Shown: positions 36,872 to 45,605 of the stretch, one piece after another
Layout of the letters: the number at the start of each line of letters is the position of its first letter
Numbering within the stretch: position 1 is the first letter of the stretch
From: Candidatus Saccharimonadota bacterium
GTDB taxonomy: Bacteria > Patescibacteriota > Saccharimonadia > CAILAD01 > BJGX01
Length of the DNA stretch: 64,000 nt
Direction: 5' to 3'
Assembly (NCBI GenBank): GCA_046350735.1
Contig: JAXLZU010000001.1
Span: 384,967-448,966, forward strand
Notes under the pieces: generated by a model
Seen by the model: the letters and a program-made list of their open reading frames with translations, nothing else
Database searches by the model: none
What the model was told of the DNA's origin: nothing
Program-made: the position numbers and the translations under genes

Positions 36872-38321
36872 TACTTGGGCTTGGTTATGGCCGACACTCG
36901 CTACAGTACTTGCAGCTGTAGTTCGCCTTAGCTTTATTACTAAATCTAGCATCTGGCACGACGAGGGGTTTTCGATAATGCTTGCCAAACGCACTGTGCA
37001 AGAAATTTGGGCCGGCTCTGCTAGAGATGTACACCCACCCCTGTATTATGAGTTGCTGCATTTCTGGATGAGGCTTTTTGGTACGAGCGAGCTTGCTATT
37101 CGCAGTCTTAGTGCATTTGCTGGCGTGCTTATTATTCCTATTGGCTACCTTATAGTCCGAAAAATAGCAGGTCTGCGCGCGGCAATATTAGCAAGTTTTG
37201 TACTAGCTCTTGCACCATTTTTAATTCGTTATAGTCAAGAAGCTCGAATGTACGGGTTACTTGGCCTATTTTTACTACTAGCTCTTTATGCAGTTACAGA
37301 AATTGCCGAGCGACCCAAACGCACGTGGCCGTATGTACTTTATACGTTGTCTATTGCTGCTGGTTTGTATACACATTATTTTACCGTTCTGGCTGTTCTA
37401 GCTTTCTGGCTGTATTTTGTATTACTCGAAAAACCAAGTACCTGGAAGATAGGTGAAAGTATATGGTTATCTCTGCGCTGGTGGGCAGCCAATCTAGCAG
37501 CAGTAGTTTTGTTCTTGCCGTGGGTGCCAAATTTACTTGGCCAATTACGTCGTGGACAAGGTTTAAGTTGGTTGCCCCCAGCCACCTTACGCACTCTGCC
37601 AGATACTATATGGCAATTCTTTAGCTTTACCGATGGCCGTGCCTTATTTGCGTTAATCTATTGGCTTGTACCGGTCTTAGTTATTATGGCGGGTGTTTTT
37701 ATTTGGATGCGCGACAAGGGTAAACAGAAATTTGCCAGACTGTTGGTGTTGTATAGCTTTTTGCCAATCGCTATCGGTCTCATTGTATCGGTCAAAAAAC
37801 CTATTTTTCACGAACGCTATTTTGCCTTTGCTGCCATTGGCATATATCTTATTCTTGTAATTGCGCTAGATTGGTTAGCAGGTAAACGAACTTGGTTATT
37901 TGGTGTACTAGCCTCGATACTATTACTGATAGAGTGTATTGGTATACGTAATGTGTATTATCAGTCAAACCATCAAATGGGCGTTGTTATGCAGTCGCTC
38001 AACCAAGAATATCGTGTTGGTGATGTATTGGTGGCTGGGGAATTGTATGTGTATTTTGATGGCAGTTATTATAATAAGACCGACCAGATTATCAGCTTGT
38101 ATACAGCGGGCATGCCACCTAATGGCTACGGAGAGTCGGGGTTACTGTATAATCAAAATGTCTATCTTAATTCTCTTACTACCATACCCGGTGGGAGTAG
38201 GGTTTGGTTAATTGGTAAAACAGGTCAACACGCCTACTACGATCAAATTCCAGCCAATTGGAAGCTCTTAGAAGAAAAAATAGCCGGGTATAGCGAGCTG
38301 CGACTCTATCAGGTACAATAG
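36840..38321 (+). CDS. Second GT39/ArnT/PMT-like membrane glycosyltransferase
   Basis: HDEGFSI N-terminal motif. More than 10 TM helices. Overlaps the GT2 stop. Confidence 0.55.
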   Translation: MAATKNLPKLNTWAWLWPTLATVLAAVVRLSFITKSSIWHDEGFSIMLAKRTVQEIWAGSARDVHPPLYYELLHFWMRLFGTSELAIRSLSAFAGVLIIPIGYLIVRKIAGLRAAILASFVLALAPFLIRYSQEARMYGLLGLFLLLALYAVTEIAERPKRTWPYVLYTLSIAAGLYTHYFTVLAVLAFWLYFVLLEKPSTWKIGESIWLSLRWWAANLAAVVLFLPWVPNLLGQLRRGQGLSWLPPATLRTLPDTIWQFFSFTDGRALFALIYWLVPVLVIMAGVFIWMRDKGKQKFARLLVLYSFLPIAIGLIVSVKKPIFHERYFAFAAIGIYLILVIALDWLAGKRTWLFGVLASILLLIECIGIRNVYYQSNHQMGVVMQSLNQEYRVGDVLVAGELYVYFDGSYYNKTDQIISLYTAGMPPNGYGESGLLYNQNVYLNSLTTIPGGSRVWLIGKTGQHAYYDQIPANWKLLEEKIAGYSELRLYQVQ

Positions 38322-38421
38322 TGGTATCGAATATTATTTGTTGTTTTACGGTATTGCCGAACAATAGCAACATATAGTGTTCTCTATATAACTTGTTTAG
38401 ATAACGAAGGAGATAAGTACT

Positions 38422-38730
38422 ATGTCAATGATGGACAAAGCCAAATTAGCCGGTAAGGCAATGAAGCTACAAAAAGAGCTAAAACGTATGCAAATAGAGG
38501 CCGAAGCAGGCGAAGGTGATGTTAAAGTTACCGCCGGTCTTAGTATTGGCCAGGCAAGCATGAATGTAGAGATTCGTTCTATCGAGTTCTCTGAAAGCGT
38601 TACCGACGATACCGATAGACTCGAAAGATTGCTTATCTCGGCTATCAATCAGGCCAACAAAGAATTAATGGCCGAAGCAACCACCAAGATGCAAGAGATT
38701 GCTGGCAATCTCAATATACCAGGAATGTAG
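38422..38730 (+). CDS. ybaB: Nucleoid-associated protein YbaB/EbfC
   Basis: 102 aa. MMDKAKLAGKAMKLQKELKRMQ. Upstream of recR. Confidence 0.8.
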   Translation: MSMMDKAKLAGKAMKLQKELKRMQIEAEAGEGDVKVTAGLSIGQASMNVEIRSIEFSESVTDDTDRLERLLISAINQANKELMAEATTKMQEIAGNLNIPGM

Positions 38731-38753
38731 AAAGATCTTTTGGAGGGGAAGTA

Positions 38754-39353
38754 TTGAACTCAGAAGTTTTGCCAGAGAGTGTTTCGAATCTTATTGAAGA
38801 ATTCTCTAAGTTACCATCGATAGGCCCAAAGTCAGCTGAGCGATTGGTGTTTTATCTACTCAAACACGATGGCAGTAGAGAGCTTGGCCAGGCAGCAATT
38901 GATTTAAAGGAAGGGTTGGTACGTTGTAGTACTTGCCAAAATTTTTCTACCCAAAATGTTTGCAAGTTGTGCGCCAACCCTAGTCGAGACACCAAGCTTA
39001 TCTGTGTGGTTGCTCAGCCACTCGATATTGTTGCTATCGAAAAAACCGGTCTATACCGTGGTCGGTATCATGTCTTACACGGAGTTATTAGCCCTATTGA
39101 TGGTATTGGTCCAGAAGATATTGAGATAGAAAGTTTGCTCAGCCGCGTAGAGAGTGAAAAACCCGATGAGATTATTTTGGCAACCAACCCCAATCTAGAA
39201 GGTGAAACAACCGCTTTATATATCTTAAAGAAACTGCAAGATAGCCCTATAAAGGTTACTAAGCTCGCACACGGCCTACCAATGGGCAGTGACGTAGAAT
39301 ATGCCGATCAAATGACGCTTGGTCGCGCACTAGATAACAGACAAGCTTTTTAG
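38754..39353 (+). CDS. recR: Recombination protein RecR
   Basis: HhH (LPSIGPKSAERL). C4 zinc finger (CSTCQNF...CKLC). Toprim domain. TTG start after GGAGGGG. Confidence 0.9.
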   Translation: MNSEVLPESVSNLIEEFSKLPSIGPKSAERLVFYLLKHDGSRELGQAAIDLKEGLVRCSTCQNFSTQNVCKLCANPSRDTKLICVVAQPLDIVAIEKTGLYRGRYHVLHGVISPIDGIGPEDIEIESLLSRVESEKPDEIILATNPNLEGETTALYILKKLQDSPIKVTKLAHGLPMGSDVEYADQMTLGRALDNRQAF

Positions 39354-39387
39354 ATATTTTGCTGCTTATTAGGTATAATAAGCAGAT

Positions 39388-39921
39388 ATGAAATTCAAAA
39401 AAGACATTTTAATGATCGACTTTGAGACCACTGATGGCCGACCAACCTATGCCAAGCCAATTCAGCTGGCAGCAATTTTACTCGACAAAGACACACTAAA
39501 AGAAAAACAAGATTTTTCTAGCTATATCTGGCAAGATCTTTCTAAGGCAGATCCACGGAGTTTGCAAATTCATGGTATTACCCAGGACAATCTAAAAGAT
39601 GCGCCAGACCAAAAAGAAGTAATGCAACGTTTTTTAGACCACTTTGGTACTGATATCTTCTTAAGTTGTTGGACGACATTACTCGATGCTCGTATGCTAG
39701 AAGATATGTTGGCAGCTATTGGTAAAGATTTTATGACATACGATTATCATATTCTCGACGTCTGGGCTATTGCGTATACCGAGCTAGTAAAACAGGGTAA
39801 GGGCAACATCTCTAACTCTGTTCATACCTTTGCAGAATTTGGCTTACCTCCTAGAGGTCACCATGACGCACTCGAAGACTGCCGCCATGCGGCTGAAGTA
39901 TTACGTAAAATTATGCTCTAA
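39388..39921 (+). CDS. DEDD-family 3'-5' exonuclease (DnaQ/epsilon-like)
   Basis: Exo I MIDFETTDG. C-terminal HDALEDC. Confidence 0.65.
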   Translation: MKFKKDILMIDFETTDGRPTYAKPIQLAAILLDKDTLKEKQDFSSYIWQDLSKADPRSLQIHGITQDNLKDAPDQKEVMQRFLDHFGTDIFLSCWTTLLDARMLEDMLAAIGKDFMTYDYHILDVWAIAYTELVKQGKGNISNSVHTFAEFGLPPRGHHDALEDCRHAAEVLRKIML

Positions 39922-39976
39922 CGAATTACAAAATACATATTACCTCTCGTGATATGATAAATATAAGGAAACAACT

Positions 39977-41356
39977 ATGTTAAGCCTGTATAATGCTCTC
40001 ACTCGGAGCAAAAAACTTTTTAAACCAATAAAACCCAAGCACGTCACTATGTATAGCTGTGGTCCAACAGTGTATGACCATGCTCATATTGGTAATTTGC
40101 GTGCCTATATCTTTGCCGATACTTTGCAGCGAGTATTGCGGGTTATAGAAGGCTATAGTGTTGATTGGGTAATGAATATAACCGATGTAGACGACAAAAT
40201 GATAGCTAGAATAGAGCGCGATAACCCTAGTGAAGATCCAAATACTGCCTTGGGCATACTGGCCGATACGTATACAGATATCTTTGTTGATGATATTGAA
40301 AAGGTTGGTATTGAGCGAGCAGATATAGCCAAATTGCCTCGTGCAACCGACCATATTAAGGGCATGCAAGCTCTCATTGCTAAGTTACTTCGAGAGAAGA
40401 TTGCGTACGAAAGTGATGGTAGTTTTTACTTTAGTCTCGATGCCTACAAAAAATCAGGCAAAAAATATGGTGTCTTGGTAGATTTAGATTATCAAGCCAA
40501 AGCTAGAGTAACGGACGACCAAGACCAGAAAGAAGGTGTAGCAGATTTTGTACTCTGGAAGGCCAAGAAAAAAGGTGAACCATATTGGGATTTTGATTAT
40601 CTTGGCAAGAATTATCCAGGACGGCCTGGTTGGCATATAGAATGCTCAGTAATGAGCACACAGTATCTAGGCTCGGTATTCGACATCCACACCGGTGGAG
40701 TAGATTTAAAGTTTCCACATCACGAAAACGAGATTGCGCAGTGTGGTGGTCACCAAGCCAACTTTTTTGTACATAACGAGCATTTACAAGTAGAGAGTGC
40801 AAAGATGAGTAAAAGCCTTGGTAATACAACCAAGCTAGCAGACGTGCCCGACCCACTAGCATTTCGTCTGCTTTGTCTGCAAGCTCACTATAGAAGCCAG
40901 ATGGACTACTCTAAGAAAGCCTTGCTGGCCGCACACGAAAGACTACAAAACCTTCGAGCCTATGTTGATCAATTAGTCTTGGCAGGCGAGCATCAGTTAC
41001 CAGTTGCGGACGATTCTGGCATAACAACACAGTTTTGGCAGATATTTACTGCAAGCATGGAGGACGATCTTAATACTTCTGCTGCTCTAGCGGCGTTAGC
41101 TGCAATTGAAGGTAAGGTGTTCTCTGGCCAAACTCTTGAAATACTAAGAAAGGTAGATGCAGTACTTGGATTGCAGTTAATAGACGAAACACCAATTAGC
41201 TCTGAAGCTCGTGCACTGTTAGCAGATTACCAGGAAGCGCGTGAAGCCAAAGAGTATCTAACGTCAGATAAATTGCGCGAAGAGTTACGTTCTAAGTATC
41301 TACTACAAGTATCTGACACTCCATATGGACCGCTCGTAAATAGAATTCGCAAATAA
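39977..41356 (+). CDS. cysS: Cysteinyl-tRNA synthetase
   Basis: HIGN and KMSKS motifs. Zinc-ligand Cys (CGPT, HIEC). Confidence 0.95.
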   Translation: MLSLYNALTRSKKLFKPIKPKHVTMYSCGPTVYDHAHIGNLRAYIFADTLQRVLRVIEGYSVDWVMNITDVDDKMIARIERDNPSEDPNTALGILADTYTDIFVDDIEKVGIERADIAKLPRATDHIKGMQALIAKLLREKIAYESDGSFYFSLDAYKKSGKKYGVLVDLDYQAKARVTDDQDQKEGVADFVLWKAKKKGEPYWDFDYLGKNYPGRPGWHIECSVMSTQYLGSVFDIHTGGVDLKFPHHENEIAQCGGHQANFFVHNEHLQVESAKMSKSLGNTTKLADVPDPLAFRLLCLQAHYRSQMDYSKKALLAAHERLQNLRAYVDQLVLAGEHQLPVADDSGITTQFWQIFTASMEDDLNTSAALAALAAIEGKVFSGQTLEILRKVDAVLGLQLIDETPISSEARALLADYQEAREAKEYLTSDKLREELRSKYLLQVSDTPYGPLVNRIRK

Positions 41357-41363
41357 AATAAAA

Positions 41364-41383
41364 CCCCAATCTTTCGATTGGGG
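41364..41383. terminator. Hairpin ccccaatc-tttc-gattgggg, terminator for the minus-strand mini-gene operon (T-run on the minus strand) and possibly cysS
   Basis: Read directly. AAATAAAA precedes on the + strand, which gives a U-run on the minus strand. Confidence 0.55.
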
Positions 41384-41387
41384 AATA

Positions 41388-41645
41388 TTAAGTCTGAATA
41401 GGGCCTTCACATTCCTTACAGACATAACCAAGACCTTGGCAACTACCGCAAACGGCATCTTGTCGTGAGCGAGTAGACAAAGATGCCGGATCGCCCCTGC
41501 CATGACATGTCCAACATGTCTTGGTTCCTGTATGAGAGGTGTCTAGAGTGCATTCTCCCTTTCGAGCCATTGCTACCTCTTGGGTGTGTAGGTGTGGGTG
41601 TGTGATTTGTAATGTCTGTAGCGCCAACGAAGGCCAAACCAACAA
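41388..41645 (-). CDS. Small DnaJ-type zinc-finger protein (two CxxCxGxG repeats)
   Basis: CWTCHGRG and CGSCQGLG plus CKEC. A strong SD sequence AGAGGT precedes the internal ATG at 41570 (MARKGEC...), so the real protein may be 60 aa (41388..41570). Confidence 0.5.
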   Translation of the reverse strand: MLVWPSLALQTLQITHPHLHTQEVAMARKGECTLDTSHTGTKTCWTCHGRGDPASLSTRSRQDAVCGSCQGLGYVCKECEGPIQT

Positions 41646-41675
41646 AATGCTAGCCAGAGAATTACTCCCACAGCA

Positions 41676-41786
41676 TTACTCATTGTCGTATGGTTCTCTA
41701 AACCGTTTCCGCACAGGCGAAAAGGCGAGGGCAAACAAGAGAACGACAAAAGCTACAAAAAGCAATATCGAATACCAACTACTCAT
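41676..41786 (-). CDS. 36-aa single-TM mini-protein MSSWYSILLFVAFVVLLFALAFSPVRKRFREPYDNE
   Basis: Paralogous to the adjacent 36-aa peptide. Its ATG lies inside the upstream peptide stop (GATGAGTAG). Confidence 0.45.
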   Translation of the reverse strand: MSSWYSILLFVAFVVLLFALAFSPVRKRFREPYDNE

Positions 41787-41889
41787 CGTCACTCAACTCT
41801 TTGTAGTGCCTACGAACAGGGTAAAGCAAAACTAGAAACAGTAGTGCAAAACCAATAATTAGCAGAGCAGCTCCAAAGACATTACCCAT
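41779..41889 (-). CDS. 36-aa single-TM mini-protein MGNVFGAALLIIGFALLFLVLLYPVRRHYKELSDDE
   Basis: Same architecture as its neighbour: TM helix then a basic/acidic tail (PVRRHYKELSDDE vs PVRKRFREPYDNE). Start overlaps the upstream stop (AAATGGGTAA). Confidence 0.45.
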   Translation of the reverse strand: MGNVFGAALLIIGFALLFLVLLYPVRRHYKELSDDE

Positions 41890-42010
41890 TTGGGGCATCT
41901 TTCTTGTCTGTAGTTCGGGGAATTCTTACATCAGTACAGAGTGCCCAAATTATAGTGCCAATAAGTAGTACTGCTACAACAAACAGAATAAGATCAATAC
42001 TTATCTTCAT
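41882..42010 (-). CDS. 42-aa single-TM mini-protein MKISIDLILFVVAVLLIGTIIWALCTDVRIPRTTDKKDAPNG
   Basis: ATG overlaps the TGA stop of the 126-aa upstream ORF (cgATGAag). Confidence 0.4.
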   Translation of the reverse strand: MKISIDLILFVVAVLLIGTIIWALCTDVRIPRTTDKKDAPNG

Positions 42011-42387
42011 CGCTTCCGCCTTTGCTCATCTCGGTACTCTTGTTCGGCTGCCCTGAGACCAACCTCGATCTCTACCATACGCACTACATCACTCTTGGCA
42101 GCTTCGCGATCGGCGCGACCACCAGGAGTGATTGGCTCGGTATCATCACCAACGTAGCTAAACCAAGTGCTACGAGCACTACCTGTTCCAAGCTGAATGT
42201 ACCCTAGAGAAACTCCATCCTCGCTAAAGTAGCGACACGTTCTAGCTTCGTTCAGCCAGTATGGCTCGCTTGGTACAGTTGGAGCAAATTCAAACTCTGG
42301 ACTATCTGGTGCGTTCGTCACGGCTCCTCCGGAAATGTGGGGTGCAAAAACTGTGCCAATTATACTAAAAAAATATATTTTAGACAA
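42007..42387 (-). CDS. Hypothetical protein with an N-terminal hydrophobic segment and a basic C-terminus
   Basis: First gene of the minus-strand mini-gene operon. No motif recognised. Confidence 0.3.
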   Translation of the reverse strand: MSKIYFFSIIGTVFAPHISGGAVTNAPDSPEFEFAPTVPSEPYWLNEARTCRYFSEDGVSLGYIQLGTGSARSTWFSYVGDDTEPITPGGRADREAAKSDVVRMVEIEVGLRAAEQEYRDEQRRKR

Positions 42388-42427
42388 GTTTGATTATTAG
42401 CTTAAATATAAGCGGTATAATATAGCT

Positions 42428-43648
42428 ATGCAAAAGGTTACATTGCCACAAGAGAAGGCTATTTCTGCTTACAAAGATTTAGTTTCTAAAGACATATTAG
42501 AAGAATTGCATCAATTATCTTCTAGGCTGAAGGGCAAGAAGGTTGTCGAAATTAACGCTACTAGCTTTGGAGGTGGAGTAGCAGAATTATTACGCAGCCA
42601 AGTACCACTAATGAGAGAGCTTGGTATAGATGTGGACTGGTATGTATTACCTCCTGACGATCGGTTTTTTACCACTACCAAGCAGTTACATAATTGTTTA
42701 CAGGGTATCTGCCCATTACACCCAGAAATAGATCTAGATTACTATCAAGCGTATTCCGATGGTATAGCCAAACATTTGCCAGAAGCAGATATTTATATTT
42801 TGCACGACCCACAGACGCTTGGGTTGGCAAAGCATCTTAAAGCAAAGCACGTTGTCTGGCGTTGTCATATTGACCTAAGCGATGCCGATACTGCCACACA
42901 TGATTGGCTAAAACAACATTATCAGCATATTACTAAGGCTATTTTTTCTCTCGAGGCCTATGTGCATGGTTTAGATAGGGCTAAGACAGCTATTGTACAT
43001 CCTGCAATAGACCCATTTAACAAAAAAAATCGCTTACTCACCCAAGAAGAGTGTCGTGTTATTATTGCTCGACAAGCAATAGATCAAAACCGACCCTATA
43101 TATTACAGGTCTCACGCTTTGATAAATTTAAAGACCCACTTGGTGTATTACATATTTTTGCAGAACTAAAAAAACGAGTGCCAGACTTGCAGTGTGTATT
43201 GATGGGTAATTATGCTACCGACGACCCGGAGGGAATCGAGTACTATAAGGTAGTGCATACGTTGGCAAAAAAAGTAGATCCGTATAATGCTCATATTATT
43301 GTTCAGGCAGACGACCTAACAATTAATGCTTTTCAACGTCAGGCAGTAGTGGTTATACAAAACTCCACCAAGGAAGGGTTTGGCTTAACGGTAACAGAGG
43401 CCCTCTGGAAGAAAAAAATTGTATTCTCTCGACCAGTAGGCGGCATAGCTCTGCAGATAATTAACAACAAAACGGGGTATTACTTAACCGATAATACCAA
43501 TACATCGGCACACAAGATTGCTGAGGTTTTGTCTGACGATAGTGCTAACCAAAAGCACATTACCCAGACAGCACATCAGCTGGTGAGAAAGCGATTTATT
43601 ACACCCATAATGGTACGAGATTATTTACGGGTATACTCTACCGAATAG
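42428..43648 (+). CDS. GT4-family (GT-B) glycosyltransferase, sucrose-synthase/TreT-like
   Basis: GT-B C-terminal donor-binding region (EGFGLTVTEALWKKKIVFSRPVGGI). 406 aa. Confidence 0.5.
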   Translation: MQKVTLPQEKAISAYKDLVSKDILEELHQLSSRLKGKKVVEINATSFGGGVAELLRSQVPLMRELGIDVDWYVLPPDDRFFTTTKQLHNCLQGICPLHPEIDLDYYQAYSDGIAKHLPEADIYILHDPQTLGLAKHLKAKHVVWRCHIDLSDADTATHDWLKQHYQHITKAIFSLEAYVHGLDRAKTAIVHPAIDPFNKKNRLLTQEECRVIIARQAIDQNRPYILQVSRFDKFKDPLGVLHIFAELKKRVPDLQCVLMGNYATDDPEGIEYYKVVHTLAKKVDPYNAHIIVQADDLTINAFQRQAVVVIQNSTKEGFGLTVTEALWKKKIVFSRPVGGIALQIINNKTGYYLTDNTNTSAHKIAEVLSDDSANQKHITQTAHQLVRKRFITPIMVRDYLRVYSTE

Positions 43649-43840
43649 TTGGGGGTTAGTCCGGTAGTTTAGGCAGTTAAAACCACTAGTATTTTTACCT
43701 AACGTGTGCTATATTAGAGGCACTAGAAAGCCGCCATAGAAAGCTAGTTATAATATTAATACGTCAGTGCAAAAGAGGAGCGGCAGACTTTTAACGGTTT
43801 ACCTCTGAGCGAACGACAGAAGAAAAAGGTAAATAGTTAG

Positions 43841-44098
43841 ATGTCAAAAAAATTATTTGTAGGAAACCTATCCTACGGCGTTACCGACGAATCATTAAAA
43901 GAATTTTTTGAAGGTGTTGGTACTGTAGAATCAGCCAAAGTAATAACTGACCGCGAAACCGGCCGCTCACGTGGTTTTGGGTTTGTAGAAATGAGCAGCG
44001 AAGACGAAGCTAAAAAAGCTATCGACGAGCTCAACGAAAAAGAACTAGACGGACGCGCAATTAGCGTTAACGAAGCTCGACCACAAGAAGAACGCTAA
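43841..44098 (+). CDS. RRM-type glycine-poor RNA-binding protein
   Basis: RNP2 KLFVGNL and RNP1 RGFGFVEM. 85 aa. ~190-nt 5' UTR. Confidence 0.85.
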   Translation: MSKKLFVGNLSYGVTDESLKEFFEGVGTVESAKVITDRETGRSRGFGFVEMSSEDEAKKAIDELNEKELDGRAISVNEARPQEER

Positions 44099-44115
44099 AA
44101 GCATTCTTTCTTACT

Positions 44116-44146
44116 AAAAAACCGACCTAGAATAGGTCGGTTTTTT
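44116..44146. terminator. Bidirectional terminator between the RRM gene (+) and the K+ channel gene (-)
   Basis: aaaaaaccgaccta-gaa-taggtcggtttttt. Confidence 0.75.
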
Positions 44147-44154
44147 AGTGCTTG

Positions 44155-44883
44155 TTATTGAATATCTTTATGTTGGCGGCCAAGGCTACCCACTACCAGT
44201 GCCACACCGGCAACCAAGTATATTTGTCCAATAATAGATTCAGAGACAGCTAACATACGCCCAAGATTGCTGGCTGCTACAAAATCGCCAAAGCCAACCG
44301 TAGTTAAGCAAGAGTAGCTAAAATAAACATATATAACTTGTTGCTGTACGTCTTGCCCGGCAAAGTAATTCCCATTAGAAGCTATACCTAGCAGGGCATA
44401 AACAGCTGCAAAGAACAGCCCTATTTGTAGGTATATACAGAGCGCGCCAAACACTGTCGATATATTAATTTTGGCATGCCGAATAAGCCGACGAATAATA
44501 AGAGCAATAATAGATAGATCTAATAGTATTGCCACAATGTATGCAGGTATTTTGGCATACTGATTAAAACCATTCATTGGGTAGTAGTGGTCTATTGTTA
44601 CTACTGAGGCAGCTGTAGCAATAAAGATAACCAGCCAAAGTGCAATAAAAGACTTACCACGAATGTGAATTCCAGATGAGCGCAGCGCTATAAATAGTGT
44701 AAGAATTTGTATTACTACTGCTACAAGAAGAACAAGTCGATGGCTAAAGCCACTCATCAAGATTAACTGCAGCAAGATAAGTATAAGTAATACACCATAT
44801 CTATCGAGACCAAAAAGGTGTTTACGCCAGTCTGAGCTAAACTCTTTCTCTATAGCCTTTTCTTCGTTTATGAAGTGACTCAT
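44155..44883 (-). CDS. Potassium channel family protein
   Basis: Selectivity filter TTVGFGD. Multiple TM helices. Confidence 0.7.
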   Translation of the reverse strand: MSHFINEEKAIEKEFSSDWRKHLFGLDRYGVLLILILLQLILMSGFSHRLVLLVAVVIQILTLFIALRSSGIHIRGKSFIALWLVIFIATAASVVTIDHYYPMNGFNQYAKIPAYIVAILLDLSIIALIIRRLIRHAKINISTVFGALCIYLQIGLFFAAVYALLGIASNGNYFAGQDVQQQVIYVYFSYSCLTTVGFGDFVAASNLGRMLAVSESIIGQIYLVAGVALVVGSLGRQHKDIQ

Positions 44884-44941
44884 TGTTGTATTATAGCATC
44901 AATACTGGTAGGAGATTGAAATAGTAAAATGCGCAAAAAAA

Positions 44942-45418
44942 TTATTTTTTTGTTTTAGATTTCTTACTAAGTCTTTGCTGAATTTGCTTAATACTGGGTT
45001 TTGGCTCGTCTAGCACCTCAATTCTCATTGGCTTTCTACTAAAACCAATTTGCAGCATGCCAAAAGGCGAACCTGGTATAAGCCAAAATGTTGAGTAAGC
45101 AAAGCTCTTATGAAAAACTCTACCCAAGCGATACGCAACCGCTACAGAATAAACTGCGCCCACACCAGGAGTAAGAGAAAGGGCAAACCAGCTCTTTGGC
45201 AGTCGAAGAGCATGTATTAGCCGAGCAAAGTTATACATTGGCACAATGGCATGCCAGCCCGGCTCTCCGAGCTTGCGAAACACCATACTTAGCCCAAGAG
45301 CGTAACATAAGTAGAGGGCAATTGAGAAAATAATTACAATAATACCGGCATTAATAATGGCTTGTATCATATAATAATCGTACCATAGTTTGGTAGCACT
45401 ATTCTGTTTATCTACCAA
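44942..45418 (-). CDS. Hypothetical membrane protein
   Basis: Four hydrophobic segments. Lys-rich tail. Confidence 0.35.
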   Translation of the reverse strand: MVDKQNSATKLWYDYYMIQAIINAGIIVIIFSIALYLCYALGLSMVFRKLGEPGWHAIVPMYNFARLIHALRLPKSWFALSLTPGVGAVYSVAVAYRLGRVFHKSFAYSTFWLIPGSPFGMLQIGFSRKPMRIEVLDEPKPSIKQIQQRLSKKSKTKK

Positions 45419-45459
45419 TCTTGAAACTATAGCAAGTAAAAGCTATAATATAGCTCTAT

Positions 45460-45534
45460 TGGGGCGTGGCCAAGTGGTAAGGCAACGGCTTTTGGTGCCG
45501 TCATTCGTAGGTTCGAATCCTACCGCCCCAGCCA
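45460..45534 (+). tRNA. tRNA-Gln (anticodon TTG)
   Basis: Acceptor TGGGGCG/CGCCCCA. Anticodon stem ACGGC/GCCGT with loop uuUUGgu. T-arm GGTTCGAATCC. CCA. Confidence 0.8.
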
Positions 45535-45605
45535 TATAGAACGCAACTGCTCTTCGAACTCATCCTCACTCCTGTTATTTAAGCCATTTTTAGTAGTTTT
45601 GATTG

